Below, in pieces: positions 29,225-37,076 of a DNA stretch of 64,000 bases. This DNA comes from Candidatus Abyssobacteria bacterium SURF_5 (GTDB taxonomy: Bacteria > Abyssobacteria > SURF-5), in assembly GCA_003598085.1 (NCBI GenBank), contig QZKU01000145.1, forward strand, positions 9,123 to 73,122. The letters are read 5' to 3'. The notes below the pieces were generated by a model, which was not told where the DNA came from, ran no database searches, and saw only the letters and a list, made by a program, of their open reading frames with translations. The first letter of the stretch is position 1, and every line of letters starts with the position of its first letter. A program made the translations under genes and the position numbers.

Positions 29225-29325
29225 TTGTTCTACAGCTATTGCGGAATTGGATCAAGATCTTCCTGAAAAGTACGGGTATGAAGGGGCGTGCGGGAGAGTG
29301 CTATCTCCAGATGGCGGAATGAAAT

Positions 29326-30426
29326 CTAAGATATGTTTTGACTGCCGATCCTTTTACCCGTGCCTTCCTCGAACAGGAGCAGCTTATCTTGTGGAATCGA
29401 ATAGGCAACGCGACTGCCCGGCGCCAAATCCAGGAACCCGAGCGACCTCGCGCAAAAGCTAATGCTCCCATCTTCGAGGTGAATGACTGTCTCGCCGGCC
29501 ATTGGTTCTATCAAATGCACCAGCGCCGTCCCTGACAACGAAGCATTTTCTCCGGCGTTGCCAAGCAAAACATCTTCCGGCCGGAAGGCAAGACTGATGC
29601 GAGGCGGCACCGGCGAAACGTCCAATTGGAACTTCTTTCCTTCGTCATTTCCGCAGACAAGCTCGGTGCGGCCGTTCTTCATTTCGGCGCGGCACTCGAC
29701 GAAATTGATCGGCGGGGTTCCCAGAAAGCCGGCAACAAACAGGTTCCCGGGGCGGCAGTACAAATCGGACGGCGTCCCCACTTGTTCCAGCACGCCCGCT
29801 CGCAAAATTGCGACGCGCCGCCCGATGAGCATGGCCTCGTGCTGGTCGTGCGTAACATAAACGACTGTCGCTCCGAGCGCGTCATGAATCTGCTTGATCT
29901 CCTGGCGCAGCTGCACCCGCAGGGCCGGATCGAGATTGCTCAGCGGCTCATCGAAAAGAAACACCTTCGGCTTTCGCACCAGCGCCCGTCCGAGCGCCAC
30001 CCGCTGGCGCTGGCCGCCCGATAATTCTTTTGGTTTGCGTTCGAGCAGCCCATCGATCCCCAGCATCCGCGCGGTCTCCAGAACACGGGCCTGAATCTCG
30101 CTCTTGGGAACGCGGCGCATTTTCAGGCCGAACCCGAGATTTTGCGCAACGTTGAAGTGCGGGTACAGCGCGTAGTCCTGGAACACCATCGCGATGTCGC
30201 GCTCGCGCGGCGGCGTGTGCGTTGCCGGTTTTCCGCCGATAAAGATTTCGCCTGAACTCGGTTTGTCGAGGCCGGCGATCAGGCGCAATATCGTGGATTT
30301 TCCGCTGCCCGACGGCCCAAGAATGACCAACAGTTCGCCCTCATCGACTTCAAGACAGACTCTGTCGAGGGCGACAACTTTATTATCGAACACTTTGGTC
30401 AGACTTTTTAGCACCAGCGCAGACAT
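29326..30426 (-). CDS. ABC transporter ATP-binding protein, MalK/UgpC/PotA-type with C-terminal TOBE domain
   Basis: Walker A GPSGSGKST, signature LSGGQRQRVALGRAL, Walker B FLFDEPLSNLD. No permease or binding protein is adjacent. Confidence 0.9.
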   Translation of the reverse strand: MSALVLKSLTKVFDNKVVALDRVCLEVDEGELLVILGPSGSGKSTILRLIAGLDKPSSGEIFIGGKPATHTPPRERDIAMVFQDYALYPHFNVAQNLGFGLKMRRVPKSEIQARVLETARMLGIDGLLERKPKELSGGQRQRVALGRALVRKPKVFLFDEPLSNLDPALRVQLRQEIKQIHDALGATVVYVTHDQHEAMLIGRRVAILRAGVLEQVGTPSDLYCRPGNLFVAGFLGTPPINFVECRAEMKNGRTELVCGNDEGKKFQLDVSPVPPRISLAFRPEDVLLGNAGENASLSGTALVHLIEPMAGETVIHLEDGSISFCARSLGFLDLAPGSRVAYSIPQDKLLLFEEGTGKRIGSQNIS

Positions 30427-30430
30427 CGAT

Positions 30431-30949
30431 TCATCCCATCAATTCCGAAATCTTTTTGTTCAGCTTCCGCCGGCGGCGCACGTTTGAGCCGAGAAGAACA
30501 GTCCACCGCAACACGTAGTAAGCGACGATTCCCAGAAACGCGCCATAGAGCGCTCCCCACATGATGTCCGGCGTCGCGCCCACGAGCGCGCCCGTCACCT
30601 TGAAGGCGGTATTCGCATCATCGACTCGCTTCGACAGGTCCTCGCCGAGCACGATCCTGAGGGAATCGCCCAACCGCTGCTCTTCGCCGATCAGCGGATA
30701 TAACGCCTTTGCGGCCTGATATTCAGCGCCGGCTATCAAGCCTATGAAGGGCGCTCCATAGCGCAGGACGAATCCGCTCGCTCCCGAAAACAGCCTGCCG
30801 GCCAACGAGCGCCTCCGCAATGGACCGTAGCGGCGGGCCATCTCACGCACCTCGTCACGGTCGATTGTGGCAGGAAGATAATCAAGCTCCCGGTCGAGCA
30901 ACTGGTTCCGCGCAATGTTCCGCTTCAATCGCTTTCCAACCGTCCCCAT
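30431..30949 (-). CDS. Hypothetical protein (172 aa, C-terminal TM helix), immediately upstream of and co-oriented with the orphan ABC ATPase
   Basis: It is the only long ORF in this span on either strand and lies 4 bp from the next gene. I recognise no domain. Confidence 0.45.
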   Translation of the reverse strand: MGTVGKRLKRNIARNQLLDRELDYLPATIDRDEVREMARRYGPLRRRSLAGRLFSGASGFVLRYGAPFIGLIAGAEYQAAKALYPLIGEEQRLGDSLRIVLGEDLSKRVDDANTAFKVTGALVGATPDIMWGALYGAFLGIVAYYVLRWTVLLGSNVRRRRKLNKKISELMG

Positions 30950-31324
30950 TACTTCTCCCTCCGATCAAAGATGCAGCGGCCTTTGGAGGATCTCTCTAGT
31001 TATGGTAGTTTAACCGACCGCTTCTGTCAACCCGCTCAGCCAGAGCGATCCGGGCACCTGCGATTCTTGACTTGTCGCCTCCGCCGACTTTATAGTGACA
31101 GTGAATTTGTCCAACGGTCGCGATGAGAACTGCCCAATGCAGTGGGGACTGACACCACATACGGAAGTGCGAAGGGACCGGCTCCGGGAAGTGATGCCTT
31201 TTTGAATTCGCAGGATGGCGCCTGTCCCCAAAGCAAGAACAGCCGTCCAACCGTCGGACAGTCTCGCAGTCACACTTCGGCGGATTAACGAGGCGCATCA
31301 GACAGAGAGGAAAGGAGCGGCTAC

Positions 31325-32059
31325 ATGGACTACAGCCATTACAAGGATATTGCCGTCGAGCGCAAAGGCCGGATTTTGTCGTTGACCCTGAATCGACCCG
31401 AAAGTCTTAACGCCGTTACGCCCGCCATGCATGCGGAGCTTGCCGCTATTTTCAGCGACATTCGAAAGGACGATGAGGCTGACGTGGTGACGCTGACCGG
31501 CGCGGGCAGGGGCTTTTGCGCAGGAGCCGATCTGAAGCATCCGATCCCCGACAAGGAAACCGCCGACCGGATATTCGTTGAAGGAAAGGAAATCATTCTG
31601 AATATCCTCGAGATCGACAAGCCGATCATCACCGGCGTGAACGGCCCGGCGGCCGGCCTCGGCGCCACGCTTGCCGTGTTCGGCGATATCGTCATAGCGT
31701 CTGATCGCGCCCGCATCGGCGACACGCACGTGAAAGTCGGGCTGGCAGCCGGTGACGGAGGCGCCGTCATCTGGCCGATTCTGGTCGGCGTGAACAAAGC
31801 GAAGGAGCTGCTGATGACCGGCGAGGTGATCGACGCTCAGGAAGCCCTGCGGATCGGGCTCGTCAATCATGTGGTTCCGCACGAGAAACTGAATGAGACC
31901 GTCATGGAGATGGCGCAACGGCTCGCTTCCGGCGATACCATGGCCATCCGTAACACCAAGAAAGCGGTCAACCTGTACGTGAAATGGATGATGAACCAGG
32001 TATTCGAGTATTCGCTCCTTCTGGAATACCAATGCGCAATGAGAGTTTTCGGGCGCTGA
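31325..32059 (+). CDS. Enoyl-CoA hydratase/isomerase (crotonase) family protein
   Basis: GAGRGFCAGADLK is the oxyanion-hole motif. Length is 244 aa. Confidence 0.9.
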   Translation: MDYSHYKDIAVERKGRILSLTLNRPESLNAVTPAMHAELAAIFSDIRKDDEADVVTLTGAGRGFCAGADLKHPIPDKETADRIFVEGKEIILNILEIDKPIITGVNGPAAGLGATLAVFGDIVIASDRARIGDTHVKVGLAAGDGGAVIWPILVGVNKAKELLMTGEVIDAQEALRIGLVNHVVPHEKLNETVMEMAQRLASGDTMAIRNTKKAVNLYVKWMMNQVFEYSLLLEYQCAMRVFGR

Positions 32060-32063
32060 ACTG

Positions 32064-33014
32064 CTATTCGTGCGTTACGCTCGATTTGACCTGGTAATAA
32101 AGAACTCCATCCCGAAGGACTTGGTGCAGGAGATTTTCTTCGAGGAGTTTCTGCAGATGTTTCACTGCTTCATTTCGGTGAATTCCGAGCCCTTTCGAGA
32201 TGTCTTCGAGCGTGCATGGACGGCGTCGCAACAGAGCAAGCACTTCCTCAGTCACCCTTTGCTGCTCCGGCTCGGCCGGATGCCGGCCATATGGCGTTAT
32301 TACCTCAGCATTCTCAAAAAAATCGCAGATACGCGCCATTTCAGCGTCGGGCACCCTCTCGGCCCAGCCTTCCGCGGGCGGACGGATCACCGTGTTCAGT
32401 TGGAGCTTGTCCGCAACAATTCGCTCCGCACATTTTTTTATTCGATCAAGGGCGGGTGCGGACGTGTTGATGTTATTGACCAGAAACACTTCAAGCCATA
32501 GTTGTCCGGAATATTCCTTTCGGAAGAGAGAAAGTCCTTCAACGACCTGATCGAATTTCAATTCGGGAGCGGGCCGATTGATCTTCTGGAAAAGAGCTTC
32601 GTCGCCCGCATCGAGCGAGGGCACCACAAGGTCGGCCGGCAGAAGGTCCGCCCGCACCGCCTCATCCCATAAGAGCGATCCGTTCGTGAGGACGGCAACA
32701 GGAATCGCGCTCTTGTGCTTGATCGCTTTGATGAGCTTGCCGATTTCCGAGTGAAGCGTCGGTTCTCCCGAACCCGAAAGCGTTATATAGTCCGGCCGCT
32801 CGCCTCCTTCAAGCTTCCGCCAGAGCTGGCTCAAGATGTCCGAAAGCGGAACGTATTCTTTACGAGCAATGGTTCGACAAGTTGTCCGGCCTAGCTGACA
32901 GTATATGCAATCGAAGCTGCATGTCTTGAAGGGAACCAGATCAAGCCCCAGAGAGCGCCCCAACCGCCTCGAGGGAACCGGCCCAAAAACGTACCTGCAG
33001 TTTGGCTTCGTCAT
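32064..33014 (-). CDS. Radical SAM enzyme (CX3CX2C) with C-terminal winged-helix-like domain
   Basis: MTKPNCRYVFGPVPSRRLGRSLGLDLVPFKTCSFDCIYCQ carries the CxxxCxxC cluster, followed by SGSGEPT and LDAGDE. The C-terminal 60 aa or so are helix-turn-helix-like (CTLEDISKGLGIHRNEAVKHLQKLLEENLL). The start was taken at the ATG at 33014, which has a GGAGAG ribosome-binding site; the ORF track uses the GTG at 33038. Confidence 0.85.
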   Translation of the reverse strand: MTKPNCRYVFGPVPSRRLGRSLGLDLVPFKTCSFDCIYCQLGRTTCRTIARKEYVPLSDILSQLWRKLEGGERPDYITLSGSGEPTLHSEIGKLIKAIKHKSAIPVAVLTNGSLLWDEAVRADLLPADLVVPSLDAGDEALFQKINRPAPELKFDQVVEGLSLFRKEYSGQLWLEVFLVNNINTSAPALDRIKKCAERIVADKLQLNTVIRPPAEGWAERVPDAEMARICDFFENAEVITPYGRHPAEPEQQRVTEEVLALLRRRPCTLEDISKGLGIHRNEAVKHLQKLLEENLLHQVLRDGVLYYQVKSSVTHE

Positions 33015-33113
33015 CTCTCTCCGTAGTTGGGTGACCACCGACTATGAAATGGCCGCCTGAGCACAAGCGGCGCCCTCACCAGCCGGTTGGCTTCGCCAAC
33101 CCTGCCCCCTCGC

Positions 33114-33314
33114 TTACTGCTCCCTCGCCATAACCGAGCCGCACTTCGGACATTTGACCTGATAGCATGGCACTCCCCGCTCGTGAGTCGCTTTATGGCC
33201 GCAGTTGGGGCACACGCAATTGCCGCCGGGTCCCAGCCGGAAACCGCCGCCTCTTCCCATCCCGCCGCCCATCCCGCCGCCGCCTCCGCGGCGTCCCGAA
33301 CCTGTTCCAGTCAT
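33114..33314 (-). CDS. 66-aa glycine-rich protein with C-terminal C4 zinc-ribbon (CVCPNCG...CPKCG)
   Basis: A perfect AGGAGGA Shine-Dalgarno sits 5 nt upstream of the ATG at 33314. Translation is MTGTGSGRRGGGGGMGGGMGRGGGFRLGPGGNCVCPNCGHKATHERGVPCYQVKCPKCGSVMAREQ. It lies 100 nt upstream of the radical SAM gene on the same strand. The ORF track extends it to a TTG at 33347 that has no ribosome-binding site. Confidence 0.55.
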   Translation of the reverse strand: MTGTGSGRRGGGGGMGGGMGRGGGFRLGPGGNCVCPNCGHKATHERGVPCYQVKCPKCGSVMAREQ

Positions 33315-33455
33315 CTCAGTTCCTCCTCGCATACTTGGGTAACCCAAATGCTTGTTTAAAAGTTGCCGAGGCGTCCCTATATCAGCTTAACCTTCCCATC
33401 CAAAATTGAATAACGCCTCAGTCCGGCACATCGTTCTCCACTCACTCTCGTTCTG

Positions 33456-33471
33456 AGCATCAATAATGCCA
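33456..33471 (-). promoter_or_regulatory. Candidate sigma-54 promoter (minus strand TGGCAT-N5-GATGCT) upstream of the Gly-rich peptide gene
   Basis: The reverse complement of 33456-33471 is TGGCATTATTGATGCT. GG and GC are correctly spaced. The -12 element is ATGC rather than TTGC. Confidence 0.3.
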
Positions 33472-33865
33472 ACGAAAAAGACTCTCCGCTTGCCAAGTCG
33501 CAAGGCATTGACAACACGTGCTTTAAATCCTTGCCTGTTGAGCTTTTGTCAACGCCACGAGGAATGGGGATTGCAGCCGCGCAAAACAATGTCTCTTCTC
33601 AATTGCACTCTTGCAAAAGAATTGGGCGATCTCGCTCACAACGAACTGCGGGAATGTATCCGTGCGGATATGTAGAGGATATGGATTGGATGGTGCGGAA
33701 CAACGCGCTCGATATATTTTCCACCGCATTGGCGGCCGTATGATCATAAAACGAGCAGGATTGTCCATCGGAAACGTCTCTTCCGTTGATTCGGGTGGAG
33801 CGACCACCGATAGGGGAAGCCTCTATCGCGCGCGTGTTTCGCTGTCAGCGCAGGACGAATAAAGT

Positions 33866-34258
33866 TTAGGAAGCCTCCTCACGAGGACATGCCAGCGCTT
33901 CCTCTACCGCCGCGAGAAATTTATCCGGATCGACGGGCTTATCAAACACCGCGGCCGGTTTTCTGACGGCGAGGTCGCGCCCGGCAAGGCCGCTGACCAC
34001 GATGATGGGCGTATGCTTCAGCTCCTTGTCTCTGGATAACTTGCGCGCGAAATCCGTGCCGGTCCTCTTCGGCATCAGAAGGTCGAGAATCACAAGATCC
34101 GGCTTTTCGCGGCGAGCCGCTTCGTAGGCCTCCTCCACGTTGTACGTCGGAATCGGTTGGTAGCCGTTCTTTCGCAAGAGCGTCTCGAAGAAGACCACTA
34201 CGTGTTTCTCGTCATCCAGAATCAGAATCTTCTTCTTTTCTTGATCGCCGTTCTTCAT
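33866..34258 (-). CDS. Stand-alone response regulator receiver protein
   Basis: 130 aa. ILILDDEKH, LDLLMPKRTG, IIVVSG and K are all present. It is a close paralog of the receiver at 48096-48659. Confidence 0.85.
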   Translation of the reverse strand: MKNGDQEKKKILILDDEKHVVVFFETLLRKNGYQPIPTYNVEEAYEAARREKPDLVILDLLMPKRTGTDFARKLSRDKELKHTPIIVVSGLAGRDLAVRKPAAVFDKPVDPDKFLAAVEEALACPREEAS

Positions 34259-34414
34259 TCGTTTATCCTTTCGTATGACCGGCAGCTCAGACCGGTTGAT
34301 GCCGAGTGATGATCTTTTGTCATGTTGCTCCTCCTCGAAGCCTTCCTTTCGCTGATCTCATGCCGATTCGTTTGCGATTGGGCGCACGGCGGAAATCCCG
34401 CCAGTTCTTGGATG

Positions 34415-35404
34415 TCACACTTCTTTCAGAATATCGTTTATGTAGTACTTGGAGTACAGAGCGCTCACCGGATTGTTTGCGAGCGACTTGTCTTTTACGA
34501 ACAGGGTGGACATGGGCGCCTCGCTGTATCGCGCGAAAATGCAGTCGCATCCCACGCACAGTCCCACCGCCGCGTTGATATCCGTCTTCAGGCTGTTCAG
34601 TACGCGCGCCTGCCCGATCGGATTGCAGCACATCCCTTCGACGGCCGTTATGGCATCATGCTGCGTCTGCCCCCCGATTCTGCAGCACACAGTGCTCACC
34701 TTGAAAAAGCGCCGGAGCAGGCGCGTGAGTATCTCGACTTCCTGAAACATCTCCACGCAGAAAGCGATCCCGATATGTTTGTATTCCATGCCGAGGCAGT
34801 AATAAATAAACTCGGCAATGCGACACAGCTTCCTGTCTGTCTCCGCGGATATATCCGCAGTGACTTCCATCGAATGCCGAAGGTCAGAGTACTCGTCCGC
34901 CAAGAAAAGGTCCTTCGTGTCATTCGTGCAACTCTTGTTCTCCATGCACGGACGATCGATACATTCCACACAATCGATCCTGTCCTTCTTCTGCGCGGAT
35001 TCTTCTACCGGCTCCCTGTCGAGCAGGATCGCCCTCACGCTCGAAGCAAGCGCGCCGGCCTGGTTCGATAATCCGAACCCTGTCTCCAAACGGCCGCTGA
35101 GAAGGGCGGAAAGGATATCCTCTACTTCAGCCGCCACGTTGTAAATGACTCTTATCCCGAATGAATCCGCCCTCTCGATAAAATCCTCTTCTATTGCGCC
35201 GCAGATGAAGAGATCGATGCGCAGATTTACCAGTTGCGCGAGCCGTTCTTCATCACTCATGCCGCCTGTATCTATGATTTTCCTCGAGACCACTTCATTG
35301 TCTTTAATGCTGACGAGCAACATCTGGTCCGAATAGATACACCGGGGAGATACCCGCGTGCCGAATAAGGGGATTGCAACTCTCACAATCTGGTTCCTGT
35401 TCAT
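34415..35404 (-). CDS. Fusion protein: N-terminal NifX/NifB-C-like (dinitrogenase FeMo-cofactor-binding fold) domain plus C-terminal cysteine-rich domain (DUF1847-like)
   Basis: The N-terminal 110 aa (RVAIPLFGTRVSP...IDLFICGAIEEDFIERADSFGIRVI) match the NifX-family fold pattern. The C-terminal 200 aa carry at least 14 Cys in CxxC/CC/CxC clusters (CVECIDRPC, CCRIGGQ, MCCNPIGQ, GLCVGCDC). The DUF1847 label is from memory and is not verified. Confidence 0.7.
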   Translation of the reverse strand: MNRNQIVRVAIPLFGTRVSPRCIYSDQMLLVSIKDNEVVSRKIIDTGGMSDEERLAQLVNLRIDLFICGAIEEDFIERADSFGIRVIYNVAAEVEDILSALLSGRLETGFGLSNQAGALASSVRAILLDREPVEESAQKKDRIDCVECIDRPCMENKSCTNDTKDLFLADEYSDLRHSMEVTADISAETDRKLCRIAEFIYYCLGMEYKHIGIAFCVEMFQEVEILTRLLRRFFKVSTVCCRIGGQTQHDAITAVEGMCCNPIGQARVLNSLKTDINAAVGLCVGCDCIFARYSEAPMSTLFVKDKSLANNPVSALYSKYYINDILKEV

Positions 35405-35500
35405 TCCCTCAGCGCGCGAAGCGCATGTCCTCCAACCGAATGAATTGCCGGCGCACTCGCTCTTCTCTTGCCCGCCGGAATTCCTTCCAAAAACAATTCG

Positions 35501-35516
35501 GGCAATAACTGTGCCA
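35501..35516 (-). promoter_or_regulatory. Sigma-54 promoter (minus strand TGGCACAGTTATTGCC) for the NifX-like/receiver operon
   Basis: The reverse complement of 35501-35516 is TGGCAC-N5-TTGC with exact -24/-12 spacing. It lies about 95 nt upstream of the ATG at 35404. A TCCGC-N5-GCGGA inverted repeat at 35590-35604 lies about 75 nt further upstream and is a candidate enhancer site. Confidence 0.6.
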
Positions 35517-35807
35517 AACCCCCGCGCCGTTGTTTCCGTCGCGGACGGAGCGGCAACATGCCCCCTTTATCGACGTTCACTGCATCTTCTCCGCAAAAAG
35601 CGGAGCGCTCGGGGACGCCGCCGGTGTTACATCGGGTGCTGCATGCAGCGCTGCACCGCAATAGTTCTTGATCGCGCGCTGCCCGCCCGCCCGTAAGACT
35701 GCGGCAACCCGTAAGCCGCCTTCGAAAAATTTTCTTTAGCGGAGCGACAGCCAGTGTCGATGTATTCCGCGGCATGACCTGCCGCGGCCGTGCGGAGCAT
35801 TTGACGG

Positions 35808-35823
35808 TGGCATAGTTTTTGCC
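35808..35823 (+). promoter_or_regulatory. Sigma-54 promoter TGGCATAGTTTTTGCC for the Hdr-like operon
   Basis: TGGCAT-N5-TTGC with exact spacing. It lies about 100 nt upstream of the ATG at 35922, which has an AGGAGG ribosome-binding site. An 8-bp-arm inverted repeat CCGCGGCA-tgacc-TGCCGCGG sits 20 bp upstream at 35767-35787. A TGCATGCA/GCAGCGCTGC palindrome pair sits at 35640-35654. Confidence 0.6.
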
Positions 35824-35921
35824 CAACTAAAAGACGGTGGTGGCATCCGACGCCATGAGGAAACGGCGAGCGAGCATTGAGCCGCCCCGCAAATGGAGCT
35901 TGAGAACAGGAGGTTCTTCAT

Positions 35922-37061
35922 ATGGCTTCTGTTTCCCCGATGCTTGAAATAACCGACGCCATCATGGAGGTCGGCGGCAAGACTCTGAAGGTATGCATGC
36001 AGTGCGGCACGTGCACGGGAGTATGTCCCTGGAATCTGGTGGACGAATTCAGCCCGAGGCTCTTGATCCGGCTGGTCAGCCTGGGCATCGAAGGATATGA
36101 ACAGGACAGCCTGTGGAATTGCGTCACCTGCGCCACGTGCGTCACCCGGTGCCCCCGTGGAATCGATATCATCGATGTCATCAGATCGACGCGGAGCGTC
36201 ATGCTCGAGAGCGGAATCGTGCCGCCGGCCTATCGCGTGCCTCTCGCAAGCCTGCGCAATGAGGGGAATCCGTGGAGCTCTCCCCGCTCGGAACGCGCGG
36301 ATTGGGCGGCAAAATTGAATATTCCCGAGTTCTCCGAGGCGACCGAACATCTGCTTTTCGCCTGCTGCACCCATGCGTATGACGCCCGAAACAGGAAGGT
36401 CCTGAAGGAGACGGCCGAACTGCTTCTAAAAGGAGGCGCCTCCGTCGGCATTATCGGAACCGAGGAAAGCTGCTGCGGCGACCAGGCGCATAAATGCGGC
36501 GCTCTGGAAACATATACGGCGCTGCAGGAAGCCAATACCGAGCTTTTTGCCGCTCGCGGAGTCAGAAAGATCATCACCACGTCTCCTCATTGCCTGAATC
36601 TGTTCATCAAGGAGTATAAAGGCGAGTTCGATGCAGTCCATTACACGCAAGTCTTCGCGAAGCTCATCAAGGAGAAAAAGCTTGTTCCTGCAAAACCGGT
36701 CCCATTGAAGGTCGCCTATCACGATCCCTGCTACCTGGGCCGCCACAACAACATTTATGATGAGCCGAGAGACGTTCTCCGCAGCATTCCCGCACTGGAG
36801 TACGTGGAACTTCCCCGATGCAAGCAAAGGAGCCTGTGCTGCGGCGGAGGCGGAGGCGGCATCTGGTCTGAAATCGAAGTCGAAAAACGTTTCAGCGTGC
36901 TGCGCATACGGGAGGCGAAGGAAGCCGGCGCAAACGTGATAGCCACCGCGTGCCCGTTCTGCATGATCATGCTCGAGGACGGCCTGAAGGCTTCAGGCAT
37001 CGATGAGAGCGAGATGAAGATTCTCGATGTGAGCGAGTTACTCTATGAATCGGTCGAATAA
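35922..37061 (+). CDS. HdrD-like (Fe-S)-binding protein with two 4Fe-4S ferredoxin motifs and two CCG domains
   Basis: CMQCGTCTGVCP and CVTCATCVTRCP ferredoxin motifs. The CCG motifs are CCG...C and CCGGGGGG...CPFC. Confidence 0.85.
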   Translation: MASVSPMLEITDAIMEVGGKTLKVCMQCGTCTGVCPWNLVDEFSPRLLIRLVSLGIEGYEQDSLWNCVTCATCVTRCPRGIDIIDVIRSTRSVMLESGIVPPAYRVPLASLRNEGNPWSSPRSERADWAAKLNIPEFSEATEHLLFACCTHAYDARNRKVLKETAELLLKGGASVGIIGTEESCCGDQAHKCGALETYTALQEANTELFAARGVRKIITTSPHCLNLFIKEYKGEFDAVHYTQVFAKLIKEKKLVPAKPVPLKVAYHDPCYLGRHNNIYDEPRDVLRSIPALEYVELPRCKQRSLCCGGGGGGIWSEIEVEKRFSVLRIREAKEAGANVIATACPFCMIMLEDGLKASGIDESEMKILDVSELLYESVE

Positions 37062-37076
37062 AACGGCGGGGAAATC

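Noticed and set aside
33114-33347. ORF-track start (TTG at 33347) for the Gly-rich peptide, and a firm DUF5320 assignment
   Set aside because: The TTG has no ribosome-binding site, whereas the in-frame ATG at 33314 has a perfect AGGAGGA. Similarity to DUF5320 is compositional only and cannot be verified without a profile search. The peptide carries a C4 zinc ribbon that DUF5320 proteins, as I recall them, lack.
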